Below, piece after piece: positions 28,235-35,894 of a stretch of DNA of 64,000 nucleotides (its first letter is position 1; each line of letters opens with the position of its first letter). The position numbers and the translations under genes were made by a program. A model generated the notes under the pieces. The model worked only from the letters and a program-made list of their open reading frames with translations, searched no databases and had not been told where the DNA came from. The stretch comes from Eubacteriales bacterium (lineage in GTDB: Bacteria > Bacillota > Clostridia > Oscillospirales > CAG-382), in NCBI GenBank assembly GCA_045637685.1, contig JAZTZW010000018.1, forward strand, positions 52,004 through 116,003, written 5' to 3'.

Positions 28235-29083
28235 TTACGCAAAAAGCTCCTTCGGGTCGTAATCGGGCACCGCGCCGAGCTGTGTTACAACAAAATCGCT
28301 TAATTTAACGGCACGGTCAAGGCATTGCTCCACCTTATAGCCCGAAAGCAGGCTCGTTAAGAAGCAGGCGGCGAAGCTATCGCCCGCGCCGACGGTCGAA
28401 ACCACCAATCCCTGCGGCTTTTCGGAATAAAGAATGTTGCGGTTGCGGCAATCGAAAACAAGCGCGCCGTCTTTGCCGAGCGTAAGGCATATATACTTTA
28501 ATTTCGGGTTGTTTTTCGAAATATCAAGCAAGACGTTTATATGGTCGCGCGTGCCGAAAAAGCCAATTTCCTCGTCGCTTATTTTAAGTATCGTCGTTTC
28601 CTTAAGCAATTCCTTTACAAGCTCACGCGTGTAAAAGCTTCCGCGGAAGTTTACGTCGAAAAACACCTCTTTTGTTTCGGTGTACTTAATAAGCTTTTCG
28701 AACGTCCTGCGCGAATCGGCAGAGCGCATAGCAAGCGTGCCCATATAAAGCGCGTCGTACCTGCCGCGCGGGCAAACGAACGGGATATGGTCGTATGCAA
28801 CGTCGCGCACCAAGTCGTAAGTCGGCTTGCCGTCGTTAAGCGTAACCGCGCAGTAGCCGGTTTTGTATTTGCGGTCTACCGCAATATAATCGCGCTTGAT
28901 GCCCAAGCGGTCGACCTCCAAAAGCGCGTCGGTTCCGTTTTCGTCGCTTCCCACGCAGGAAACCATATAGCTTTCCGCGCCCAAGCGTGCGCTGTGCGCC
29001 GCAAAGTTAAAGGGCGCGCCGCCTATTTTTTTCTCCTCGGGAAAAATATCCCAAAGAATTTCTCCGAACGATAATATTTTCAT
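28235..29083 (-). CDS. PfkB-family carbohydrate kinase (fructokinase-like)
   Basis: MKILSFGEILWDIF...GGAPFNFA N-terminus and C-terminal GAGDSF motif. Start set to the ATG at 29083, which has an AAAGGTG SD. Confidence 0.85.
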   Translation of the reverse strand: MKILSFGEILWDIFPEEKKIGGAPFNFAAHSARLGAESYMVSCVGSDENGTDALLEVDRLGIKRDYIAVDRKYKTGYCAVTLNDGKPTYDLVRDVAYDHIPFVCPRGRYDALYMGTLAMRSADSRRTFEKLIKYTETKEVFFDVNFRGSFYTRELVKELLKETTILKISDEEIGFFGTRDHINVLLDISKNNPKLKYICLTLGKDGALVFDCRNRNILYSEKPQGLVVSTVGAGDSFAACFLTSLLSGYKVEQCLDRAVKLSDFVVTQLGAVPDYDPKELFA

Positions 29084-29095
29084 ATCTGCACCTTT

Positions 29096-29128
29096 AAAAA
29101 GAAGCCCGAAAGAAGTGCTTCGGGCTTC
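29096..29128 (-). terminator. terminator/attenuator between the SBP gene and the PfkB kinase gene
   Basis: gaagcccgaa/ttcgggcttc stem followed on the minus strand by TTTTT. It sits only ~12 nt upstream of the kinase ATG. Confidence 0.6.
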
Positions 29129-29144
29129 GCTTGAATATTGCTTT

Positions 29145-30692
29145 TTATTTGCCTTCGTTGTCCTTGAAGAATTCGATAGTTTCTTCGAGTGCAGTCTGAG
29201 CCGCATCCTTCTTTGCTTCGTAGTTGGAAGCGAAGGTGCCTATGTTCTGGCTTGCCATTTCCTGAAGAAGGGTATCGAGCTTGCCCCACTTAAATACCAT
29301 ACCTACGTCGCATCCGCGGTTGGGAAGGATGTAGTTGTTAAGCATATCGGCAGAGTCGTCGTCGCGTATCTTCATATATTCAAGAATTTCCTGATAGTTG
29401 GGAGCAACGGTGTTAAGGCTTTCTGCACCCATTACGTTAAGCACGTCGATAGCCATAGTAAGCTTTTCGCCGACAACGCAGGTGGGAACGGCAAAGCAGG
29501 TGCTGGTCCAAGGGTTAACGAGCGAATAGTAATCTTCCTGAGTTTCGTCTGCCTTGGGAACGGGTACCATGCCGAACGCCTGCTCCATAACGCCGAGGTT
29601 AATAACGGTGCCTACGCTTGCGTTATAGAAAAGTGCTCTGCCATCGGTAAAGCCTTCTTCAACAAGCACGCTGGGCCATTGAACAACGCCGAAATAGTCG
29701 TTTGCGGAAATGTAGTGTTCCTTATTCTGAACGAGCTCCTGAAGCTTTTCCATAAGCTTTGCGCTGCGTTCGTTGTAAATGGTTATTGCGGGGTAGCCGT
29801 CTGCGTCGGGCTTAGCAATCTTTTCGCCCGATGCATAGAAAATGCTCCACATATCGTCGAGCTGACCGCCCCAACCGAAGGTATCCTTATAGTCGATAAC
29901 ACCGCTGTTGTCATCATCGCTGCCGAAGGTGGTAACCGCTTCGAAAACGGTGTCGACAGTCCATTTACCGTCGCGTACGAGGTCGTAAGGAGTGCCGCCG
30001 TATTTTTCGGAAAGGCCGTTCTTTTCCCAAAGCTCAAGGTTTACGTAAAGAGCCGCGGTTGCGCCCTTGTTAACGGTACCGAGGTCGCCGATGGTGAAAT
30101 AAAGCTGGCCGCCGTAGGTCATATTTGCGTTGAAATCCTGATTCCACCAAGGAGCTTCGATTTGAAGGTTTTCAAAATCCTTGCCGAGAAGGTTGTAAAG
30201 ATGGCCTTCAACCGCGAGAGTAGCGCCGTCGTAAAGGCAGGGAACAACTATCTGGTAATCTTCGGTAGCCGAAAGGTTGCCTTCACGAATGTGGGTGCAC
30301 ATACCGCCGCCGGGACGTGCGGTGTCGAGCACCTTTTGTTCTTCGACAGTAATGCCGAGAGTATCTTCCACGAAATCCGCACGGAATTTGAGGTTGTCGT
30401 TAAGTACCTCGGGAATGGTTTGCTGAGTGCCGTCTTCGTAGGTATTGTAAAGAATTTCGGATTCGTAAGTAGGGTTAACGCTGCAGGTAAGGAAGGTTAT
30501 GGTTTCGTTTTCGTAGGTTTTTGAATAGCTACCCACGTATTTACCGCTTGCGTTCTGGTAAGGGCTTGTAGCGCCGCTTTGCTCTGCAACGCTGCTCTCT
30601 TGTTCGCCGCTGTCTTTATCGCAGGCGGTAAGCGCGAGAGTACATACGAGGCAGATAATTAGAAGCATCGCAAAAAGCTTTGTGTGTTTCAT
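29145..30692 (-). CDS. ABC transporter extracellular solute-binding lipoprotein (large sugar-type SBP)
   Basis: Lipoprotein signal (LALTAC). 515 aa with SBP-like composition. No permease or ATPase genes are adjacent. Confidence 0.7.
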   Translation of the reverse strand: MKHTKLFAMLLIICLVCTLALTACDKDSGEQESSVAEQSGATSPYQNASGKYVGSYSKTYENETITFLTCSVNPTYESEILYNTYEDGTQQTIPEVLNDNLKFRADFVEDTLGITVEEQKVLDTARPGGGMCTHIREGNLSATEDYQIVVPCLYDGATLAVEGHLYNLLGKDFENLQIEAPWWNQDFNANMTYGGQLYFTIGDLGTVNKGATAALYVNLELWEKNGLSEKYGGTPYDLVRDGKWTVDTVFEAVTTFGSDDDNSGVIDYKDTFGWGGQLDDMWSIFYASGEKIAKPDADGYPAITIYNERSAKLMEKLQELVQNKEHYISANDYFGVVQWPSVLVEEGFTDGRALFYNASVGTVINLGVMEQAFGMVPVPKADETQEDYYSLVNPWTSTCFAVPTCVVGEKLTMAIDVLNVMGAESLNTVAPNYQEILEYMKIRDDDSADMLNNYILPNRGCDVGMVFKWGKLDTLLQEMASQNIGTFASNYEAKKDAAQTALEETIEFFKDNEGK

Positions 30693-30722
30693 AAATATTC
30701 CTCCAAAAAATAATCACATTTA

Positions 30723-30751
30723 ATATTAACACGAAATTCGCGCGATTTCAA
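30723..30751 (-). promoter_or_regulatory. extended -10 promoter of the SBP gene
   Basis: Minus strand TTGAAA-17nt-TAATAT with TGn. The spacer contains the near-palindrome GAAATCGCGCGAATTTC. Confidence 0.5.
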
Positions 30752-30789
30752 GTATTTCTTAATTATTACTTAATAAAATGATGTTAGTG

Positions 30790-30818
30790 TTGAAAAAACG
30801 CGAAAAATGTGTTAAAAT
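30790..30818 (+). promoter_or_regulatory. extended -10 promoter of the E2-like gene
   Basis: TTGAAA-17nt-TAAAAT preceded by TGn. Confidence 0.5.
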
Positions 30819-30851
30819 GTCTTTGATCTTTTTCCCGAAAGGAGCTCTTCC

Positions 30852-31742
30852 GTGACAAAAGAAGAAAAAAAGCTTGAAAAAGCAAGAAAAAATAAGAATA
30901 AAAAAGAGGGACGCCGCGTTCGTACGCTCGACCCGATGCATTATGTCGGAATATATCTTATGGACGACCGCACCGGCGCGACGAACTATTTTACCGGCAC
31001 TCTCGATATCGGTATTGCCGAGGAATATGTTAAAAAAATGCGCGAAAAGGGTTTAAAGGAATTCAGCGTAATGCACCTTTACCTCGCCGCCTTCGTGCGG
31101 ATGTATTCACAGCATCCCCAAATGAACCGCTTTATTCGCGGTCACCGCATCTATGCGCGCAACAACATCGAAATAGCGATGACGATAAAAAAGGAAATGA
31201 AGCTCAATGCCGACGATACGGTAATTAAGCTGCGCTACGAGCCCGACGCTACGGCAGAGCAGGTTTATGAAATAACCCAAAAGGTTATCGCCGAAGCGCT
31301 TGCCGAGGATGACGATTTTGATAAGATTGTCAAGCTGCTTAACAAGCTCCCGCGTTTTATTATGCGCACTATCGCATGGGTGCTCAAAAAGCTCGATTAC
31401 CACGGCATAATGCCGAAGGACCTTGTAAGCGTATCTCCCTTCCACGGCAGTATGGTTATAACCTCGCTTGCTTCCTTGGGTATCCCCCCCATTTATCACC
31501 ATCTTTACGATTTCGGCAACATTCCCATATTCTTTGCCTTCGGCAAACGCTATAATAAATACGAAATTTCAAAAGAAGGCACACCCGAAAAGCATACTTA
31601 TATGGAATACCGCATTACCTGCGACGAACGTATCGCCGACGGTCATGCATATTCGCTCGCATTGCGCTATTTCAACAGCCTTATACGCAAGCCCGAATTG
31701 CTCGATGCACCGCCCGAAAAGGTTATAGAGGATATTCCTTGA
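30852..31742 (+). CDS. standalone 2-oxoacid dehydrogenase E2/CAT-fold acyltransferase-like protein
   Basis: GTG start with an AAAGGAG SD. GSMVITSLASLG resembles the E2 GGTFTISNLG motif, and CDERIADG resembles E2 DHRxxDG. No lipoyl domain. Confidence 0.65.
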   Translation: MTKEEKKLEKARKNKNKKEGRRVRTLDPMHYVGIYLMDDRTGATNYFTGTLDIGIAEEYVKKMREKGLKEFSVMHLYLAAFVRMYSQHPQMNRFIRGHRIYARNNIEIAMTIKKEMKLNADDTVIKLRYEPDATAEQVYEITQKVIAEALAEDDDFDKIVKLLNKLPRFIMRTIAWVLKKLDYHGIMPKDLVSVSPFHGSMVITSLASLGIPPIYHHLYDFGNIPIFFAFGKRYNKYEISKEGTPEKHTYMEYRITCDERIADGHAYSLALRYFNSLIRKPELLDAPPEKVIEDIP

Positions 31743-31761
31743 TCAATCTTAATCAATAAGC

Positions 31762-31796
31762 AACAAGCTGTCGCAACCATATCGCGACAGCTTGTT
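31762..31796. terminator. bidirectional terminator hairpin
   Basis: aacaagctgtcgc...gcgacagcttgtt followed by a T-run, between convergent genes. Confidence 0.65.
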
Positions 31797-31802
31797 TTTT
31801 GT

Positions 31803-32537
31803 TTATTTTCCGAAGCTTAAAAATTCCTCTTTCGTGCCGTTGAAAACGTTCATATCTATAAATTTTTCCTCGCCGCTGTGCCCATTTAAGCGTGCGCGGT
31901 TGGTGTATTGCCAAAAGGTCCAGCTTTTCCCGTCGGGCAGGGGAGAGGGCTTTTTGTAAACCGAGCGTATCCATATCGGGTTTTCTTCAAACCCGCCCGA
32001 AAGATAAAGCGAATATTCCTCCTCTGCGGTATAGATTATCGGCATAACGCCGTAATGCTTATAAAGCGCATTTATCATCGCCGAAAGCTCGTTCGTTACG
32101 TATTCGCTGTCGGGGTGTTCGCTTGCAAAGCTGCCGTAAAATTCAAGGTCGATAACAGGCGGAAGCATATTTTCGGTTTTTGGTACGGTGCTTATAAAAT
32201 GCTCTGCCTGCGCGAGCCCCGCGCTTTCGAAGCTGAAAAAGTGGTACGCGCCTACGCGAAGGTGGGTTTTTGCCGCTTCGGCATAATTGTATTCAAAGTG
32301 CTCGTCGGTGTGCTTCGAGCCTTCGGTCGCTTTGATAAACACGAACGAAATTCCGTTTTCGCTAAAGGTTTGCCAATCTATTTTGCCCTGATACCGCGAA
32401 ACGTCGGCACCGCGCACGGGGTAATCGTCCTCGCTCGGGTTGTTCAAAAGCAGATAACCGTTATATATCAAAAAAGCAAACAGCATGCATATTAATGCAA
32501 GGCACGCCGTAATCGCAACAATAATCCGTTTTTTCAT
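31803..32537 (-). CDS. GH25 family lysozyme (muramidase) with N-terminal membrane anchor
   Basis: GADVSRYQGKIDW...FVFIKATEG GH25 signature. Start set to the ATG at 32537 (MKKRIIVAITA...). Confidence 0.85.
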   Translation of the reverse strand: MKKRIIVAITACLALICMLFAFLIYNGYLLLNNPSEDDYPVRGADVSRYQGKIDWQTFSENGISFVFIKATEGSKHTDEHFEYNYAEAAKTHLRVGAYHFFSFESAGLAQAEHFISTVPKTENMLPPVIDLEFYGSFASEHPDSEYVTNELSAMINALYKHYGVMPIIYTAEEEYSLYLSGGFEENPIWIRSVYKKPSPLPDGKSWTFWQYTNRARLNGHSGEEKFIDMNVFNGTKEEFLSFGK

Positions 32538-32680
32538 ATCAAAACCCTCCGAAAGCTTTGATTCTATCATATCATATATAATAAATCTGTCAAGCTTTTG
32601 TGAAAAACGTACCCTTTTTCGCGGTTTGGTGGGGTAGAAATGTGTCGAATTTAGAAAAAAATACAAATAGTCAAAATCGC

Positions 32681-32709
32681 TTGAAAATTTGTTCACATTG
32701 TGTTATTAT
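32681..32709 (+). promoter_or_regulatory. extended -10 promoter of the antiporter gene
   Basis: TTGAAA-17nt-TATTAT with TGn. Confidence 0.5.
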
Positions 32710-32753
32710 CTTCGCTTGGTAAACAAACTTTTTTATAATAAAAAGGTGAAATT

Positions 32754-34058
32754 ATGGAAACATTAATGCCAATAGGCATAGCTATGACAGCAGGTCTTCT
32801 GCTTTCGCGTCTTGTTAAAAAATTAAAGCTTCCCGCAGTAACCGGTTATCTTATAGCGGGCATTCTCGTAGGTCCCTATTGCTTGGGCGCGCTTGCTCAA
32901 ACGATCGGCATTTCTTGGCTTGGCTTCGCAACCGAGCACGCAGTTAAGAACAACTCTATTCTTTGCGACGTTGCTCTTGGCTTTATCGCGTTCGCTATCG
33001 GTGATGAATTCCGTCTTTCTTCCTTGAAAAAAATCGGTAAGCAGGCAACCGTTATCGGTATAGTTCAGGCGCTTGTTGCAACTATACTTGTCGATGCGGC
33101 GCTTATCGGCATACACCTTGCATTCCCCGAGGTTATTTCGGTCGAAGCAGCTATCGTTCTCGGTGCGGTGGCAACCGCAACCGCTCCTGCCGCAACCCTT
33201 ATGGTCGTGCGTCAGTATAAGGCAAAGGGTAAATTGACCGACATCCTTCTTCCCGTTGTTGCTATCGACGACGCGGTAGGTCTTGTGGTTTTCTCGGTTT
33301 CCTTCGGTATCGCACAGTCCTTAAACAGCGGCGCGGGTATGGATATCGCGTCGGTGCTTATTAACCCCTTGCTCGAGGTAATTCTTTCGCTCGCGCTGGG
33401 CTTCGTAATGGGCGTGTTCTTCAGCTACGCAGAAAAATACTTCAAATCCAACAGTAAACGTCTTATCCTTTCCATTACCTTCGTAATTATGTCGGTTGCG
33501 CTTTCTATGTATAGCCGCACCTTCGAGCTTGCGGGTATGGAATTGCATATCAAGTTCTCCTCGCTTCTTGTTTGTATGATGCTCGGTACGGTATTTTGCA
33601 ATATGTGCGATTTCTCCGAGGAAATTATGGGCAAGACCGATAAATGGACCGCGCCCCTCTTCCTGCTCTTCTTCGTGCTTTCGGGTGCAGAGCTCGATTT
33701 CGGCGTGTTCGGCGATTTCTCTGTTATAATTATCGGCGTAGTCTATATCCTTGTGCGTGCGGCAGGTAAACTGCTCGGCTCGGCAGTCAGCGCAAGAGCA
33801 ACCAAATGCGAGCCCAAAATCGTTAAATATCTTGGCATAACCCTTCTTCCCCAAGCGGGCGTTGCGCTCGGTATGTCGCTTATCGTGGCAAACACCGCAG
33901 GCTTCGAAGAGGTAGGCGCTATCGTTCGTAATATAACCCTCTTTGCGGTTCTTGTTTACGAGCTTGTCGGTCCTATGCTCACCAAAATCGCACTTACCAA
34001 AGCAGGCGATATTGTTCCGCGTAAGGTTATTAACCTCGGCGAAGAAGACGACGACTAA
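32754..34058 (+). CDS. cation:proton antiporter (CPA2/Na+-H+ exchanger family)
   Basis: 434 aa, about 12 hydrophobic helices, N-terminal KLPAVTGYLIAGILVGP motif. Confidence 0.85.
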   Translation: METLMPIGIAMTAGLLLSRLVKKLKLPAVTGYLIAGILVGPYCLGALAQTIGISWLGFATEHAVKNNSILCDVALGFIAFAIGDEFRLSSLKKIGKQATVIGIVQALVATILVDAALIGIHLAFPEVISVEAAIVLGAVATATAPAATLMVVRQYKAKGKLTDILLPVVAIDDAVGLVVFSVSFGIAQSLNSGAGMDIASVLINPLLEVILSLALGFVMGVFFSYAEKYFKSNSKRLILSITFVIMSVALSMYSRTFELAGMELHIKFSSLLVCMMLGTVFCNMCDFSEEIMGKTDKWTAPLFLLFFVLSGAELDFGVFGDFSVIIIGVVYILVRAAGKLLGSAVSARATKCEPKIVKYLGITLLPQAGVALGMSLIVANTAGFEEVGAIVRNITLFAVLVYELVGPMLTKIALTKAGDIVPRKVINLGEEDDD

Positions 34059-34075
34059 AAAAACGTTTAAAACAG
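34058..34075. repeat. 18-nt perfect inverted partner of 34178-34195
   Basis: aaaaaacgtttaaaacag is the reverse complement of ctgttttaaacgtttttt. A second arm pair, 34117-34128 / 34155-34166 (acaaacacgacc / ggtcgtgtttgt), is nested inside. Confidence 0.9.
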
Positions 34076-34085
34076 CGCATAACAG

Positions 34086-34109
34086 AAAAAGGCGGATTTC
34101 CGCCTTTTT
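34086..34109 (+). terminator. rho-independent terminator of the antiporter gene
   Basis: aaaaaggcgga-tt-tccgccttttt. Confidence 0.65.
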
Positions 34110-34148
34110 CTTTTGAACAAACACGACCGCTCGCAGTAGGTTACTACA

Positions 34149-34199
34149 GCTTCGGGTCGTGTTTGTCCAATCTGCATCTGTTTTAAACGTTTTTTGCTT
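34149..34199. repeat. 51-bp direct repeat, copy 1
   Basis: gcttcgggtcgtgtttgtccaatctgcatctgttttaaacgttttttgctt, identical to 34299-34349. Confidence 0.95.
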
Positions 34200-34298
34200 T
34201 GGACAGCGGCGGGAGCCGATTTTTCATTCTGCATCCACCGTGAGCGTTTTTTTGTTTCAAATAAAATTTAAGGACTGTCATTGAAAATAGCAAACGCG

Positions 34299-34349
34299 GC
34301 TTCGGGTCGTGTTTGTCCAATCTGCATCTGTTTTAAACGTTTTTTGCTT
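34299..34349. repeat. 51-bp direct repeat, copy 2 (exactly 150 bp downstream of copy 1)
   Basis: Letter-for-letter identity with 34149-34199. Confidence 0.95.
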
Positions 34350-34387
34350 CAATATAATATTGAAAAATATTCAATGCATTTTTCAAT
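34349..34387 (+). promoter_or_regulatory. operator-like array of TCAAT/ATTGA pentamers including a perfect 7-1-7 palindrome
   Basis: TCAATATaATATTGA at 34349-34363, ATTGAA-5nt-TTCAAT at 34359-34375, and another TCAAT at 34383-34387. It ends ~40 nt upstream of the ATG at 34428. Confidence 0.4.
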
Positions 34388-34427
34388 GCTTTTAGGTGCA
34401 TAATAAGAAAAAACAAGGAGTGAAATT

Positions 34428-34862
34428 ATGCACGAAAACGATACTTTAAAATTACTGCGTGAATGCGATGCGGGTGTAAAAATGGGTGTGTCCTCGATAA
34501 ACGAGGTTATCTCCTCGGTTAAATCGGAGCAGATGCGAAGCTGTCTTGCCGATTGCCGCAACCAGCACGAAACCCTTCTTTCCGAAATAAAGCAGAAGCT
34601 CGAGGAAAACTGCGACAAGGGCAAAGAGCCTGCGCCTGCCGCAAAGGGTATGAGCTGGATAAAAACCAACGTAAAAATGGCGCTTGACGATTCCGACAAA
34701 ACCGTTGCCGACCTTATTACCGACGGCTGTAATATGGGTGTTAAATCGCTTAACCGTTATATCAACCAATACAAGGCGGCGGACGGCGTTTCGAAGGGCT
34801 TTGCAAACCGACTTATTAAGCTCGAGGACGACCTTGCCGTACAGATGCGTCAATATTTGTGA
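34428..34862 (+). CDS. hypothetical helical protein, possibly a four-helix bundle (ferritin-like/DUF2383-like)
   Basis: Strong SD (AAGGAG). Internal two-fold repeat D-x-G-x-x-MGV-x-S-(I/L)-N (DAGVKMGVSSIN / DGCNMGVKSLN). 144 aa. Confidence 0.55.
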   Translation: MHENDTLKLLRECDAGVKMGVSSINEVISSVKSEQMRSCLADCRNQHETLLSEIKQKLEENCDKGKEPAPAAKGMSWIKTNVKMALDDSDKTVADLITDGCNMGVKSLNRYINQYKAADGVSKGFANRLIKLEDDLAVQMRQYL

Positions 34863-34864
34863 TA

Positions 34865-34896
34865 AAAAAAGAGCTGTGCAAAACAGCTCTTTTTTG
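34865..34896. terminator. bidirectional terminator hairpin
   Basis: aaaaaagagctgt-gcaaa-acagctctttttt between convergent genes. Confidence 0.65.
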
Positions 34897-34898
34897 TT

Positions 34899-35834
34899 CT
34901 ATTCTTCAATATAGGGGAAGCGTTCGCACCATCTGCCTGCGCCGGGGATATACATATCGCAAACTTCGTTGTAATAGCCTTCCCAATAGCCTTCAAGACC
35001 GCCGTATTCGAGCTTGGAAACTGCCATTTCGGGGGCGGGAGCTTCGACATTACCTGCTTCGATATCCGCAATAAGGTCTGCGATAAGGAAATCGATATAG
35101 CCGGTAAGCTTTTCGCCGCCGCTGAAGGTAAGGGTGCACTGAGTAAGCTCGAAAATGCCGCTTGTGCCGTAGGTGTAGGAGAACCAAGTGCCTGCATAGA
35201 CTTCGATTCTGTAATCACCCTCGGGAAGAGCAACACAGCTTATCTCCTGTTCGATCCAAAGCTCGTTTTCGGGCTTGAATTCATCACGCATAAGCGAGCT
35301 GATATAGCTTGTGATCTCCTCGGAGGTGAACGCGAGCTGACCTACGAGCTTGCCTGTTTTGTGGGAATAAACGTCGATAACAACGCCTTTGCTAACATCC
35401 ACGTCGCCTTCGCCGCCGCCTACATAAACGTTTCTCGGGTCGCCTACGGTGTATTCATAAGCGGGGTAAGCGGGAATTTCGTCGGTGGGTGCGCCTTCAA
35501 TGGGGTCGTCCTCGATAACGGGGTAATTTTCGGTTATCGGGGGGAAGGCTTCGGGCTCTTCTTCTTCAAAGCCGTCCTCTTCGACTGCGGGAGGGTCGTA
35601 AGCGGGGATTTCATCGGTGGGTGCGCCTTCGATGGGGTCATCCTCGATAACGGGGTAATTTTCGTCTGCCGCGCCTTCGTCGATTTCCGCGCCGAAGCTG
35701 CCGTTGTCGGCTGTCGATTCGGCAAGTGATTCGTCGATAGCAGAGGTGTTAAGCAGAGAAAGCCCCGCGGTAAGGATAAGCGCGGAAGCGGTGATAAGCG
35801 CCGCGGTTATCAATGCGAGTGTTTTGCTTTTCAT
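34899..35834 (-). CDS. secreted hypothetical protein, family A copy 1 (311 aa)
   Basis: Signal peptide MKSKTLALITAALITASALILTAGLSLLNTSA, an acidic Pro/Glu/Asp-rich linker with an internal duplication, then a conserved core (VIDVYSHKTGKLVGQ) and the C-terminal ERFPYIEE. Paralog of 37252-38121. Confidence 0.75.
   Translation of the reverse strand: MKSKTLALITAALITASALILTAGLSLLNTSAIDESLAESTADNGSFGAEIDEGAADENYPVIEDDPIEGAPTDEIPAYDPPAVEEDGFEEEEPEAFPPITENYPVIEDDPIEGAPTDEIPAYPAYEYTVGDPRNVYVGGGEGDVDVSKGVVIDVYSHKTGKLVGQLAFTSEEITSYISSLMRDEFKPENELWIEQEISCVALPEGDYRIEVYAGTWFSYTYGTSGIFELTQCTLTFSGGEKLTGYIDFLIADLIADIEAGNVEAPAPEMAVSKLEYGGLEGYWEGYYNEVCDMYIPGAGRWCERFPYIEE
35466..35532 (-). repeat. intragenic 67-bp repeat unit 1 (encodes ENYPVIEDDPIEGAPTDEIPAY)
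   Basis: Near-identical to 35598-35664, with a period of 132 bp (44 codons). Confidence 0.9.
35598..35664 (-). repeat. intragenic 67-bp repeat unit 2
   Basis: Near-identical to 35466-35532, differing at a few positions. Confidence 0.9.
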
Positions 35835-35873
35835 ATAAACACTCCTCCTTTCTGTATCGGTATTCTAAAACGT

Positions 35874-35894
35874 CGATATTCTGGATTTGTTCGG
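35874..35894 (-). promoter_or_regulatory. conserved 21-nt leader/promoter motif upstream of family A copy 1
   Basis: Gene orientation CCGAACAAATCCAGAATATCG, identical to 38161-38181 and at the same distance (40 nt) from the start codon. Confidence 0.5.

Noticed and set aside
29115-30524. 469-aa plus-strand ORF antisense to the SBP gene. Similar long antisense ORFs occur at 17451-18617, 23858-25087, 37366-38367, 8032-8835, 33321-34124, 60054-60920 and 10395-11470.
   Set aside because: Each lies entirely within a gene on the other strand that has clear family motifs. Their translations are low-complexity and rich in R/F/V/A, and they lack SD sequences. These are typical shadow ORFs.
34149-34349. 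Reading the exact 51-bp repeats as a CRISPR array.
   Set aside because: There are only two direct copies, the unit is too long and AT-tailed for a typical CRISPR repeat, the 99-bp spacer is atypical, and there are no cas genes in the window.
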